Source of the DNA: a virus
Strand: one strand, 5' to 3'
Length of the DNA stretch: 64,000 nucleotides
IMG/VR virus record: IMGVR_UViG_3300009528_000013
Coordinates: 53,771 to 117,770 of that record
In this document: positions 35,997-44,694 of the stretch, piece by piece
Layout of the letters: every line of letters begins with the position of its first letter
Numbering within the stretch: position 1 is the stretch's first letter
Translations under genes and position numbers: made by a program
Notes under the pieces: generated by a model
What the model saw: only the letters and a program-made list of their open reading frames with translations
The model's database searches: none
What the model was told of the DNA's origin: nothing

Positions 35997-37130
35997 ATGG
36001 AGCATAAACTGAAGGTATTATTCGATGCTGGCGGGTTGTGGCAGTTTGTTCCAAAGAGATTTAAGGCAATCATGTCGCAACGGTTTAGCTGTAATTTTCT
36101 TGACCGTGAGCATCCACGAGATTATGTCCAAAGGAGCTTGGCGAAATGGGCGGATGTAATTTTTGTGGATTGGGGATTGGCGTGGGCGCAGTTTTATCTG
36201 GAGAATTTTCCAGAGAAGCGGATTATTGTACGAACGCATCGCGGCGATGTCTGGCATGAGAATTCACCGTTCTACTATTGGGAGAATGCCTCCGCAGTTC
36301 TGTTCATGAGTAATCATTACAGGAATCTTTTCCTTGAGAATTGTGTTGCAAATGTTCTGGATGATATGCAGGAACGATGTATAACTGTACCCAGATTGGT
36401 AGATGAACAGCACTGGCGGTTTTTGAATGATTTCATAAATCAGCGTGACTATGGTCGGAGATTAGGTATGTTGGGCCGGTGTATTCCACGGAAACGAGTT
36501 GTCGAATTTGCTAAATTGCTCGATGGGCCATTAGCAATGGAATATCCAATATCTAATCGTTGGACGGAAGCGAATTGTCTTTCACCGAATTTTTCGTTGA
36601 GCTTGCTTGGTTTTGAGGAAAATGATCGAACACACTTTCCAGATTACATTGCTGAACTTGAGTCTGTAGTTCGATCTTCGGATCGTATCCAGGTTCTTGA
36701 CCATGTGAGTGGAGATGCGGTTATAAAGTGGTTTGCTGATATTGATTTTGTAATCAGTTTCTCTGAGGATGAAAGTTGGCACGCTGCAATTACGGAAGGA
36801 ATGCTCTGCGGGTGCGTGCCGGTGATATTTAATTGGCCAGGTGCGGATGAGATGCACCCAGTGGAGTGCATTTTTCAAGACGATGTGGAGTTGGTGAATT
36901 ATTTGAAAAAGCAATCCCCGCCATTGAGGTATGTGGATGGGTATGGGTGGTTGCCCAAAGTCCAAAAAAAGCGAATTAGTAGATCTGCGTGGGCGCGTAC
37001 ATGGTGCTTGGAACGTTACAGCCTGGAAGACGTAACAGATCTATATGCCGATATTATCAAGGGAGATGAAGTTCCATTAGATCTGAATCCGCAGGATATT
37101 ATCCCATTTCGGAAAAGTCAGCAACGATGA
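35997..37130 (+). CDS. GT-B (GT4-like) glycosyltransferase
   Basis: ADVIFVDW, LGMLGRCIPRK, DFVISFSEDESWHAAITEGMLCGCVPVI (ExxxxxxxE motif). Confidence 0.8.
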   Translation: MEHKLKVLFDAGGLWQFVPKRFKAIMSQRFSCNFLDREHPRDYVQRSLAKWADVIFVDWGLAWAQFYLENFPEKRIIVRTHRGDVWHENSPFYYWENASAVLFMSNHYRNLFLENCVANVLDDMQERCITVPRLVDEQHWRFLNDFINQRDYGRRLGMLGRCIPRKRVVEFAKLLDGPLAMEYPISNRWTEANCLSPNFSLSLLGFEENDRTHFPDYIAELESVVRSSDRIQVLDHVSGDAVIKWFADIDFVISFSEDESWHAAITEGMLCGCVPVIFNWPGADEMHPVECIFQDDVELVNYLKKQSPPLRYVDGYGWLPKVQKKRISRSAWARTWCLERYSLEDVTDLYADIIKGDEVPLDLNPQDIIPFRKSQQR

Positions 37131-37630
37131 AAAACTATATTGCAAAAAAATGCCTTGCTTTTTCAGACGTTTTACGTTATTTTCTATTCTTGGAATCTGG
37201 GAAAACGATCCGAGATGATCGAGTATTAGAGCAACTTGTTCGTAGTCAATGCTTCCACAATAGACAGGTGAATCCCTTTGGAGTCTGGACGCTTGGCTAC
37301 AAGACCGATAGGAGAAATGAGCAGATTGTCGAATGGGTCGAGATCAGTCTGTCTACGAAGGAACTCTGCGTGACCGCCGTGGATCCGATTTGGAATCCGC
37401 TCTTGAGAAAGTGGAATGGGAATCTTCGAGATTGTAGCAAACGGATTACTCATGGGACCGGTTCAATTCACCCAGAGAAACAAAAGATTACGGTTGTGCA
37501 GAAATTTTCTGAGAAGTTGAACGGAGAATTCGAAGTCATTGATGGCTTTCACCGGTCTATGCTGATGCTCAGCGAAGGAACCGAGAAGATAGATGCAATT
37601 GTTGGTTTAACCGAAGCGACTTATTTTTGA
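37127..37630 (+). CDS. Hypothetical protein with ParB/Srx-like motif
   Basis: C-terminal FEVIDGFHRS...IDAIV. Confidence 0.55.
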   Translation: MKNYIAKKCLAFSDVLRYFLFLESGKTIRDDRVLEQLVRSQCFHNRQVNPFGVWTLGYKTDRRNEQIVEWVEISLSTKELCVTAVDPIWNPLLRKWNGNLRDCSKRITHGTGSIHPEKQKITVVQKFSEKLNGEFEVIDGFHRSMLMLSEGTEKIDAIVGLTEATYF

Positions 37631-37641
37631 GGAGGAGAAAA

Positions 37642-38448
37642 ATGCCTGAGCTGATCGAAGTCCATTGTCCCTTACACGACCATCGAACGAAGTCCGAATT
37701 TCTGTTCGAATGCCCGCCGAACAACTGGGCTCAGGAACAGCCATTAAAAGTCGAGCGGTGCGAAGAATGCGGGCTGCTTTTTTTCAACCCGAACATCTCC
37801 GCGGCGGATCGAAAGGCGTATCATAAAAAAGAGTACTACATCGCCGATCCCAAAGGGTGCATCGGGTACCCGAATTACATCGAGGAAGATCACCTCGGAG
37901 CGAAGATTTACTTCGGGAAGCTTACTCTCTCTTGGTTCAATAGACGTTGGAAAGACAAAACCCGGAAGCCCTGTTCGTTGATCGATTTCGGGTGCGCCAC
38001 CGGGCACATGAGCAAACCGTATTTCGATCGGGGATGGAGAGTCGTTGGAATCGAGTTCTCTAAGTGGGCAGTGGATTGGGGCAGAGAGCATTTGGGCCTG
38101 GAACTCCGGTGTCAGGACATGGACGAACTCGTTCTGGACAATGAAGAGATTTTCGATTGTGTGCTGCTCTGGGATAGTCTGGAACATTCGCAGCATCCTC
38201 GGAAATTGCTTCGGAAGATCTTTACGCACAGTTCGGAAAATATGCTCATGATTATCCAAATGCCGGATACTGCGAAGTACGGAGATGATCCTCTGCATCC
38301 CTTCTGGTCGTTGTACCAGCATTGTTTCCACTACGATCATTCCACGCTGAATCTTTTGCTGAAGTTGGAGGGGTTTAAGACATCCCGGAAACTCCCATCG
38401 TCGCAGATGGATGAGATGTTGGTCATTGCCGAAAAGATAAAGGAGTAG
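37642..38448 (+). CDS. Class I SAM-dependent methyltransferase with N-terminal Zn-binding region
   Basis: CPLH...CEECGLLFFNP; LIDFGCATG; VGIEFS; WDSLEH. Confidence 0.85.
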   Translation: MPELIEVHCPLHDHRTKSEFLFECPPNNWAQEQPLKVERCEECGLLFFNPNISAADRKAYHKKEYYIADPKGCIGYPNYIEEDHLGAKIYFGKLTLSWFNRRWKDKTRKPCSLIDFGCATGHMSKPYFDRGWRVVGIEFSKWAVDWGREHLGLELRCQDMDELVLDNEEIFDCVLLWDSLEHSQHPRKLLRKIFTHSSENMLMIIQMPDTAKYGDDPLHPFWSLYQHCFHYDHSTLNLLLKLEGFKTSRKLPSSQMDEMLVIAEKIKE

Positions 38449-38451
38449 GCT

Positions 38452-39600
38452 ATGATTCAAAAATGGACCGTTGATCAGTTTGGAGTTGCAGTCGCTGGCG
38501 TTTTGACGAAATTCAAGGATCATATCTTCGACCTTGATCCAGATTTGGTCCAGCTTCCATTGCACCTGAATAGTCCCTCTCCCGAAGATTGTGCAGCAGT
38601 CATCGATTCGGACACGAGGCTGATCGGTAAGTTCATTCTGCCGGTGGGCGTGAACAACGTTCCCCACGCGGCCTTCAAGGAAGTGTTGGAGAAATATCGG
38701 GGCCTCATTCGGATTTGGGATTTCGGAGGAGAGCCAGAGACTCGTCCCGATCAGCCAGGGTGCCGGTTCTCGGGGGACGAGGAGGAATTCGTTCGTCAGG
38801 TTCGGACGTTCTACGAGATGGGCAAAAAGATCGATCCTGAAAACGTAATCGGAGGCTGCGGGTGGATTACTCCGACGTTCAATGGCAGCTTTGGGAATGA
38901 GGATCGAAGTCAGTTTTTCGAGAACTGTTTTGCACTTGGGATTGGACAGGTGCTAGACTTTATCAGCCTGAATTTCTATACTTACGGATACGGAGGAACA
39001 AAGAATATCCTTCAGGGGATTTCGAAAGTCAATGAGATTCTCGCCTGGTACCGCGTTGAGAAACCTGTCGTCGTCGCAGAATGCGGAGTTCCCTGTACCG
39101 GAGATCCAAAATTCCTTCACATTATCCAGACCCCAGAGCGTCAGGCGATTTCTCTCGTCAAACAACACGTGCTTTTCAATTCGGTCGGGATCGATTACGC
39201 GATCTGGTTTGCCCTGAAACATCTGGGGTGGGGTCTGTTAGACACGAGAGGGAAGCCGAGGCCGTCTTATTATGCGATGCGAACGATCAAGGATTTCTTG
39301 AAGGGAGCGATCTTCAAAACGCAGATGAAAGCGTATCCCAGTCGAACAGTCGAGGAACGTTGGTGCACCGACAAGATCAACTGGTTCGTTTTCGAAAGAG
39401 ATGACAAGGAGATCCACGTAATCTGGACTACGGAAAGACTGGAGATGGATCGAGAGTTTCCATTTAAGGACGTTTCTGTTTTCGGTGTAATTGGGCAACC
39501 GATTGATGTATCGGGAGGATCGATTCGATTGACCGACTCGCCTCTCTATTTTATTGCGGACCCGGGCGAGCTTCATTCGTATAATTTCCTGCTTCTCTGA
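38452..39600 (+). CDS. Clan GH-A-like TIM-barrel glycoside hydrolase
   Basis: WDFGGEPE (acid/base position), DFISLNFY, KPVVVAECG (nucleophile position), WGLL...KPRPSYYAM. Confidence 0.7.
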   Translation: MIQKWTVDQFGVAVAGVLTKFKDHIFDLDPDLVQLPLHLNSPSPEDCAAVIDSDTRLIGKFILPVGVNNVPHAAFKEVLEKYRGLIRIWDFGGEPETRPDQPGCRFSGDEEEFVRQVRTFYEMGKKIDPENVIGGCGWITPTFNGSFGNEDRSQFFENCFALGIGQVLDFISLNFYTYGYGGTKNILQGISKVNEILAWYRVEKPVVVAECGVPCTGDPKFLHIIQTPERQAISLVKQHVLFNSVGIDYAIWFALKHLGWGLLDTRGKPRPSYYAMRTIKDFLKGAIFKTQMKAYPSRTVEERWCTDKINWFVFERDDKEIHVIWTTERLEMDREFPFKDVSVFGVIGQPIDVSGGSIRLTDSPLYFIADPGELHSYNFLLL

Positions 39601-39616
39601 TCGGGGGTGAACGAAT

Positions 39617-40009
39617 ATGGCAGCGATAGTTGAGGCTACAATCGACGTAGGAGGTGGTCCTTACGGAGTAGGTTGTGATGAGACTGCTGAAAAAACTTTC
39701 GTTGCGAATTATGGTGATGATACAATCTCCGTCATTCATACACCATCGAATACCGTGAGCGCAACTATCGGGGTAGGGGCAGGCCCTTACAGAGTCGCTT
39801 GCGATGAGGCTGCAGGGAAAACATTCATAACGAATTGGAACGATGATAGTGTCTCAGTAATTCACACGGGATCCGATACGGTAAGCGCAACGATTGGAGT
39901 GGGTGTTCAGCCTGCTGGTGTTGCCTGTGATGAGACTGTTGGAAAGACCTTTGTGGTGAATTATGGACCGGATACAGTCTCCGTAATCACCGGGTACAAC
40001 GGGTGTTAA
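39617..40009 (+). CDS. Three-repeat YVTN-type beta-propeller protein
   Basis: Three TIxVGxxPxxVxCDExxxKTFxxN repeats; ends GYNGC. Confidence 0.8.
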   Translation: MAAIVEATIDVGGGPYGVGCDETAEKTFVANYGDDTISVIHTPSNTVSATIGVGAGPYRVACDEAAGKTFITNWNDDSVSVIHTGSDTVSATIGVGVQPAGVACDETVGKTFVVNYGPDTVSVITGYNGC

Positions 40010-40024
40010 ACTAAGAAAGGACTT

Positions 40025-41977
40025 TTGAAATTGAACTCGAAAGATCTGACTCAGGAGCCGATTGTCGATATTATTATCCCGTACTGGAATCAGAATGGCC
40101 TGACAAAGCAATGTATTCGCAGCATCTTCTCTTACGTCCGGGTACCCTATAAACTGACCTTGATCGATAATGGCAGCGATGTCTTCGATCAAGACCTCTT
40201 TGAGATGGAAAGGTCCGGAGTACGGTTCATCCACAACAAGGAGAATCTCGGATTTGTCAAGGCTGTAAATCAAGGCTTGAAAGAATCGGTTGCTCCATTC
40301 GCTTGTTTTATGAACAACGATATGGTCGCAACCGAATTTTGTTTCGAGCGGATGTTAGCTCATCTCGAAGCGCATCCTGAAGTCGGCGCAGTGGGACCCT
40401 GTTCGAACTTCGTGATGTGGAAACAGGCGGCTCAGTTAGCCGGTGATACTGGAAAACTGACTCCGGAAGAGATCAATGATGCCGCCCAGGAGAATTACGA
40501 AAAGTGTAAAGGGCAACTTCTCGATACCAAACTGCTCATTGGGATTTGTGTTCTGATGCGGCGGGAGGTTCTGGAGGAGGTTGGCCTTTTGGATGAAGCC
40601 TTCGGAATCGGTTGCAGCGATGACTTTGACTATTCCATTCGAATACGAAAAGCTGGCTGGAGACTCGGAGTCGCCCGAGACGTTTTCATATATCATTACG
40701 GACATCAAACCTTCGAGGAATTGAAGAAAGATCCGGAATTTGATTTCGATAAGCAGTTGACCGGTAATCAATCGATATTGAGAGAAAAGTGGGGAGATGA
40801 AGAGGTCGATGATCTTTTTGAGGAAGACAACAGCTTGGGTTTCTGCCTGATTGTGAAGGATGAAGAGAAGACCTTGCCAAGATGTTTAGAAAATTTGAAA
40901 GAAGTCGCGGATGAAATTGTAATCGTGGATACCGGCTCGACCGACCGAACGAAGGAAGTTGCAAGGGAATACACCGATAAGATCTTCGACTACGAGTGGG
41001 GTGACGATTTTTCCGCTGCGAGGAACTTTGCATTTTCTAAAGCCGAATCGGGATGGATTTGCTGGCTTGATGCCGACGATTACGTCCAAAAAGAGCAAGC
41101 TGATGCGATTAAGAATCTGACGCTAAATTCCAATGGAACAACCGCCTTTGCTTTCCCGACGCATTGCCTCGGAGACACTGGCGAATTACTTCTGATCAAC
41201 ACTCGAATTCGTCTGGTCAAAAACCGGAGAAGCTATCGCTTTCGCAGTCGTCTGCATGAGACCCTTGATTTAAGGGGAGATGATTTTCAGAAAGTCAATC
41301 TTCCTATAATTCATGGCGGACCGGAGATTGCAAAGTTCAAGGATAAAAGTGGACAGCACGATTTCAATATCCGGATTCTCTTGAGGGAAATCGAAGAGAA
41401 ACCGGAGGATCTCTTTGTGAATTTCAACCTCGCCCGGGCTTACAAGGGAGCGGGTCGAATTCAAGATGCAGAGACCAGGTACAAATTGGTTATGACATTG
41501 GATAAGTTTAAGAGCAACTTCAGATACCTGGCGGCTCTGGGCTTAGCCGAGTTGTATCTGGATGAGAAGGAGTACGATGAGGCGATTGATTATGGGTATG
41601 AGGCGATCAAATGCACGAATCTGCGAGCTGAGCCGTTTGCGGTTATTGGATTGGCGTACTTCTACAAAAAAGTCTTTCACAAAGCGGCAGCAGCTTTTGA
41701 AAATGCGCTTCAGTTGAAGCCGCAATTCGATACTTTCATTCCTTTGGATCTGGGTGTGTACAACTATAAGTCGTGGGTGAATCTCGGTAGCTGTCATTTC
41801 AATCTTGGACAACTCGATAAGGCAGAAGAATGCTACGAGAAGGCCTTGAATTACAATCCGCTGTTGGAGGACGCGAGAAGAAATCTGGCTATCGTCCGCG
41901 ATGCAAAACAAAATCAGAATCTGAAGCTTATACGGTCAGATTCTGAGGAGGTGAGGCAACATGGCAATCGTGGTTGA
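40025..41977 (+). CDS. Double GT2 glycosyltransferase with TPR repeats
   Basis: IIIPYWN...IDNGS...NNDM...SDDFDY; CLIVKDEE...VDTGSTD...DFSAARN...LDADD...LHE; several TPR helical pairs. Confidence 0.9.
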   Translation: MKLNSKDLTQEPIVDIIIPYWNQNGLTKQCIRSIFSYVRVPYKLTLIDNGSDVFDQDLFEMERSGVRFIHNKENLGFVKAVNQGLKESVAPFACFMNNDMVATEFCFERMLAHLEAHPEVGAVGPCSNFVMWKQAAQLAGDTGKLTPEEINDAAQENYEKCKGQLLDTKLLIGICVLMRREVLEEVGLLDEAFGIGCSDDFDYSIRIRKAGWRLGVARDVFIYHYGHQTFEELKKDPEFDFDKQLTGNQSILREKWGDEEVDDLFEEDNSLGFCLIVKDEEKTLPRCLENLKEVADEIVIVDTGSTDRTKEVAREYTDKIFDYEWGDDFSAARNFAFSKAESGWICWLDADDYVQKEQADAIKNLTLNSNGTTAFAFPTHCLGDTGELLLINTRIRLVKNRRSYRFRSRLHETLDLRGDDFQKVNLPIIHGGPEIAKFKDKSGQHDFNIRILLREIEEKPEDLFVNFNLARAYKGAGRIQDAETRYKLVMTLDKFKSNFRYLAALGLAELYLDEKEYDEAIDYGYEAIKCTNLRAEPFAVIGLAYFYKKVFHKAAAAFENALQLKPQFDTFIPLDLGVYNYKSWVNLGSCHFNLGQLDKAEECYEKALNYNPLLEDARRNLAIVRDAKQNQNLKLIRSDSEEVRQHGNRG

Positions 41978-42863
41978 AGCGACAATAGGAGTTGGAACTT
42001 CTCCGCTCTTGCTCGCTTGTGACGAAATACTTGGAAAGGTATTTGTGGCAAATTCAGGTTCGGATAACATATCCGTTATCCATGCTACGTCTAACACTGT
42101 TTCAGCCACTATCGGAGTAGGGATTACGCCTACTGGAGTGGCGTGTGATGAAACGGCGGAAAAGACGTTTGTAACGAATCGATCAGGATCGACTACAGAT
42201 ACAGTATCGGTGATTCATACGCCATCGAACACTGTTTCAGCTACCGTAATTGTAGGAAAACATCCCGATGGCGTTGATTGCGACGAGAGTGCCGGGAAGA
42301 CGTATATTGCACTTCACAGTTGGGCCGCAGTCACCGTTATTCATACTCCCACGAATACGGTTTCTGCGACAATTCTTGTGGGAAGCAGCAACCCTGGAAT
42401 TGCGTGTGATGAGTCAGCAGGTAAAGTTTTTTCGGTTAGTCGTGATGCGACAGTATCTGTGATTCACACCGCATCAGATACTGTTTCCGCTACAATAAAT
42501 GTGGGAGTCCAGTCTCACAGAGTTGCTGTTGACGAAAACGCCGGGAAGGCCTTTGTAACAAATCGTGATTCGAATTCGGTCTCTGTGATTCACATCGCAT
42601 CGAATACTGTTTCAGCCACTATTGGAGTTGGAGTTGAGCCATACGGCGTAGCTTGTGATGAGACTGCCGGAAAAGTATTCGTAGCTAATTCTGGTTCGGA
42701 CACGGTATCCATTATCCATACCGCGTCGAATACAGTTTCGGCGACTATTGATGTCGGGGATGTCCCTTACGGAGTTATTTGCGATGAGAGTTTAGAGAAA
42801 GCTTTTGTGACAAATAATGCTGACGGAACCGTTTCTGTTATCAGCGGATACAATGGATGCTGA
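41961..42863 (+). CDS. Seven-bladed YVTN-type beta-propeller protein
   Basis: Seven repeats of the same CDE-containing subtype; ends GYNGC. Confidence 0.85.
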   Translation: MAIVVEATIGVGTSPLLLACDEILGKVFVANSGSDNISVIHATSNTVSATIGVGITPTGVACDETAEKTFVTNRSGSTTDTVSVIHTPSNTVSATVIVGKHPDGVDCDESAGKTYIALHSWAAVTVIHTPTNTVSATILVGSSNPGIACDESAGKVFSVSRDATVSVIHTASDTVSATINVGVQSHRVAVDENAGKAFVTNRDSNSVSVIHIASNTVSATIGVGVEPYGVACDETAGKVFVANSGSDTVSIIHTASNTVSATIDVGDVPYGVICDESLEKAFVTNNADGTVSVISGYNGC

Positions 42864-42874
42864 AGGAGGATCTG

Positions 42875-44227
42875 ATGGAAGTTATTACCCGAGCTGCGCC
42901 GACTCTGAGTGGGAGTTTGCATTTGGGGACGCTCTACAACGCTCTTCTGAATTATGCCTTTGCCAAGCGAGAGGGAGGGTTATTTTATCTTAGATTGGAT
43001 GGACAGAAGGTGGGCGACCAGCGAAGAAAGATTGGCGATGACCTCATCCGGGATCTCGAAACTTTCGGATTATGTCCGGACAGGATCATTTGGCAGTGCG
43101 ATAGCAGAGGATGGTACCGACAGCAGATCGAGGAAATCGCAAGCGATCCGAGAGTATATTTCTGCGATTGCACGGCCGGCGATATTTTTGAGCGCACCCG
43201 ATTTGACCAATCGAACTTGAAGGCTCTGATCCGAGAAGAAAAATATCCCGGTCCTTGCGAGATTCAGCGGATAAAAGTGTTCGACGCCAACCGAGCGGAG
43301 ACCCGTCGAGACGTGGCGTTGGGCCAAAAGGTACAAGCCAGCACCGAAGCAAAGGGATATGAAGCTCAAAACGTCACAGACGGTTCGGAAAGATCCTGGA
43401 AGGCGTATGAAGTCGGTGCGCTGTGCGACCCTCCCCGTGATACTCACTTAACTATCGATCTTGGTCAAGAAGTTTGGGTCGGAGCGGTAGAAGTGCTGTG
43501 GAATTTTTACCCGGTGAAATCTTACAGGCTTCGCATTCCAGATGGACTGTGTATCGGGGGACTTGTCTCTATAACCCGAGAAAATAACTTCTGCGTCTCA
43601 TCGAGAACGAATGGCGCTTACGAGGGCGCCGTCGCCGACCAGCTCTCGTTTGCTCCGGTCAAGACTCGTTTTATTACGCTTGAGGTAAATGAACTGTGCC
43701 ACGAGATCAAGCGCGAGTACTACTACGACGATCATTGCAGAGATCTACAAAAGAAAGGTAATCTGCGTAACGCTCGAACCGTTCTTAGAGTTCGGTCCGA
43801 AGCTCCGCTTGACGTTGCGATTTATTTCAACAGAATTCCGGATCTTTGTTTCACTTCGGCATTAGACGATCAGAAGGCCGGGATCACACACTCGATCAGA
43901 GGATCGGACATCGCACCCTTCACAATGTTGGAAAGAGAAGCCGGAAAGCTTATCGGATACGTGGCGAACAATCTCTTTCATGGGATGGTGGTCGATCGCA
44001 GACAAGTCAAATTGAGCAAATTCATCGGAAGCCCACCTGCAATTAAAAAACTGGAAAGCGGATCGACTCCAAATGAAGTACTTACGAATCTTGCTCGGAG
44101 CGCAGGAATCATTTCGTGGAAATCCGATCTGCTTGGTCTGCCCGATTTAGTCGAGGCAATCGACTTTGAGAGGGCATTTTCCGGACTCGGCCTGAAGCCC
44201 AACTTTGAGTACCGCGCCGACTGGTAA
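42875..44227 (+). CDS. GluRS/GluQ-like class I aminoacyl-tRNA synthetase paralogue with inserted F5/8 type C (discoidin-like) domain
   Basis: GGAGG SD; RAAPTLSGSLHLGT (HIGH), YFCDC...YYYDDHCR Zn knuckle, DDQKAGITHSIRGSD, KLSK (KMSKS); insert VQAS...AQNVTDG...W...LTIDLG; no anticodon-binding domain. Confidence 0.85.
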   Translation: MEVITRAAPTLSGSLHLGTLYNALLNYAFAKREGGLFYLRLDGQKVGDQRRKIGDDLIRDLETFGLCPDRIIWQCDSRGWYRQQIEEIASDPRVYFCDCTAGDIFERTRFDQSNLKALIREEKYPGPCEIQRIKVFDANRAETRRDVALGQKVQASTEAKGYEAQNVTDGSERSWKAYEVGALCDPPRDTHLTIDLGQEVWVGAVEVLWNFYPVKSYRLRIPDGLCIGGLVSITRENNFCVSSRTNGAYEGAVADQLSFAPVKTRFITLEVNELCHEIKREYYYDDHCRDLQKKGNLRNARTVLRVRSEAPLDVAIYFNRIPDLCFTSALDDQKAGITHSIRGSDIAPFTMLEREAGKLIGYVANNLFHGMVVDRRQVKLSKFIGSPPAIKKLESGSTPNEVLTNLARSAGIISWKSDLLGLPDLVEAIDFERAFSGLGLKPNFEYRADW

Positions 44228-44243
44228 AGACCCTGAAAACGAT

Positions 44244-44567
44244 ATGCTTTACGGACTCAAAGAAAAACCAGGATGCGTCTTTTGTGAGATCGGAGCTAAA
44301 AGAACCCCGGCTACGATATATTTTGAAACCGAATTTGCAATGGCGATCAAGGACATCAAGTCCGATGATATCCTTTTGATTCCGAAGAAACATATCGAAT
44401 GCACTCCGAAAAATCTGGCGATGGCTGCCAGTCTGCTTTTGCAACTCCCGGTAATGATGAAACTGGACAAATTTGAAGTAGTGACTCATATCGGGTGGCA
44501 CGTGACTATCAATCATCTGCATATTCGCATTCGAAGGAAAGATAACGTAAAAAAATTTTGGGAATAA
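44244..44567 (+). CDS. HIT-family nucleotide hydrolase-like protein (third His replaced)
   Basis: CVFCEI...IYFE...AIKDI...LLIPKKHI; NHLHIR in place of HxHxH. Confidence 0.7.
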   Translation: MLYGLKEKPGCVFCEIGAKRTPATIYFETEFAMAIKDIKSDDILLIPKKHIECTPKNLAMAASLLLQLPVMMKLDKFEVVTHIGWHVTINHLHIRIRRKDNVKKFWE

Positions 44568-44596
44568 AAAAAAGCCCGGGCGGCGATTGCCCGAGC
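44566..44596 (-). terminator. Rho-independent terminator at the operon convergence point
   Basis: Minus strand GCTCGGGC-AATCGCC-GCCCGGGC followed by 8 T. Confidence 0.85.
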
Positions 44597-44694
44597 TAAT
44601 TTTATGGTCCTTCTGTGGACTCAAGAGCGATGATTTGTCCACCAGCCGAGGAAGAAGCATATCAATCCCACAGGCACAATCCGTCATGCATTTA

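Noticed and set aside
17219-42863. Diversity-generating retroelement suggested by repeated YVTN sequences
   Set aside because: No reverse transcriptase in the window, and the copies differ at all base types and mostly synonymously, not specifically at adenines.
27587-44567. Host O-antigen locus or serotype-conversion cassette flanking a prophage
   Set aside because: No wzx/wzy, gtrAB or nucleotide-sugar synthesis genes; the cluster is continuous with tail genes, shares YVTN repeats with a tail protein, and phage genes resume after it.
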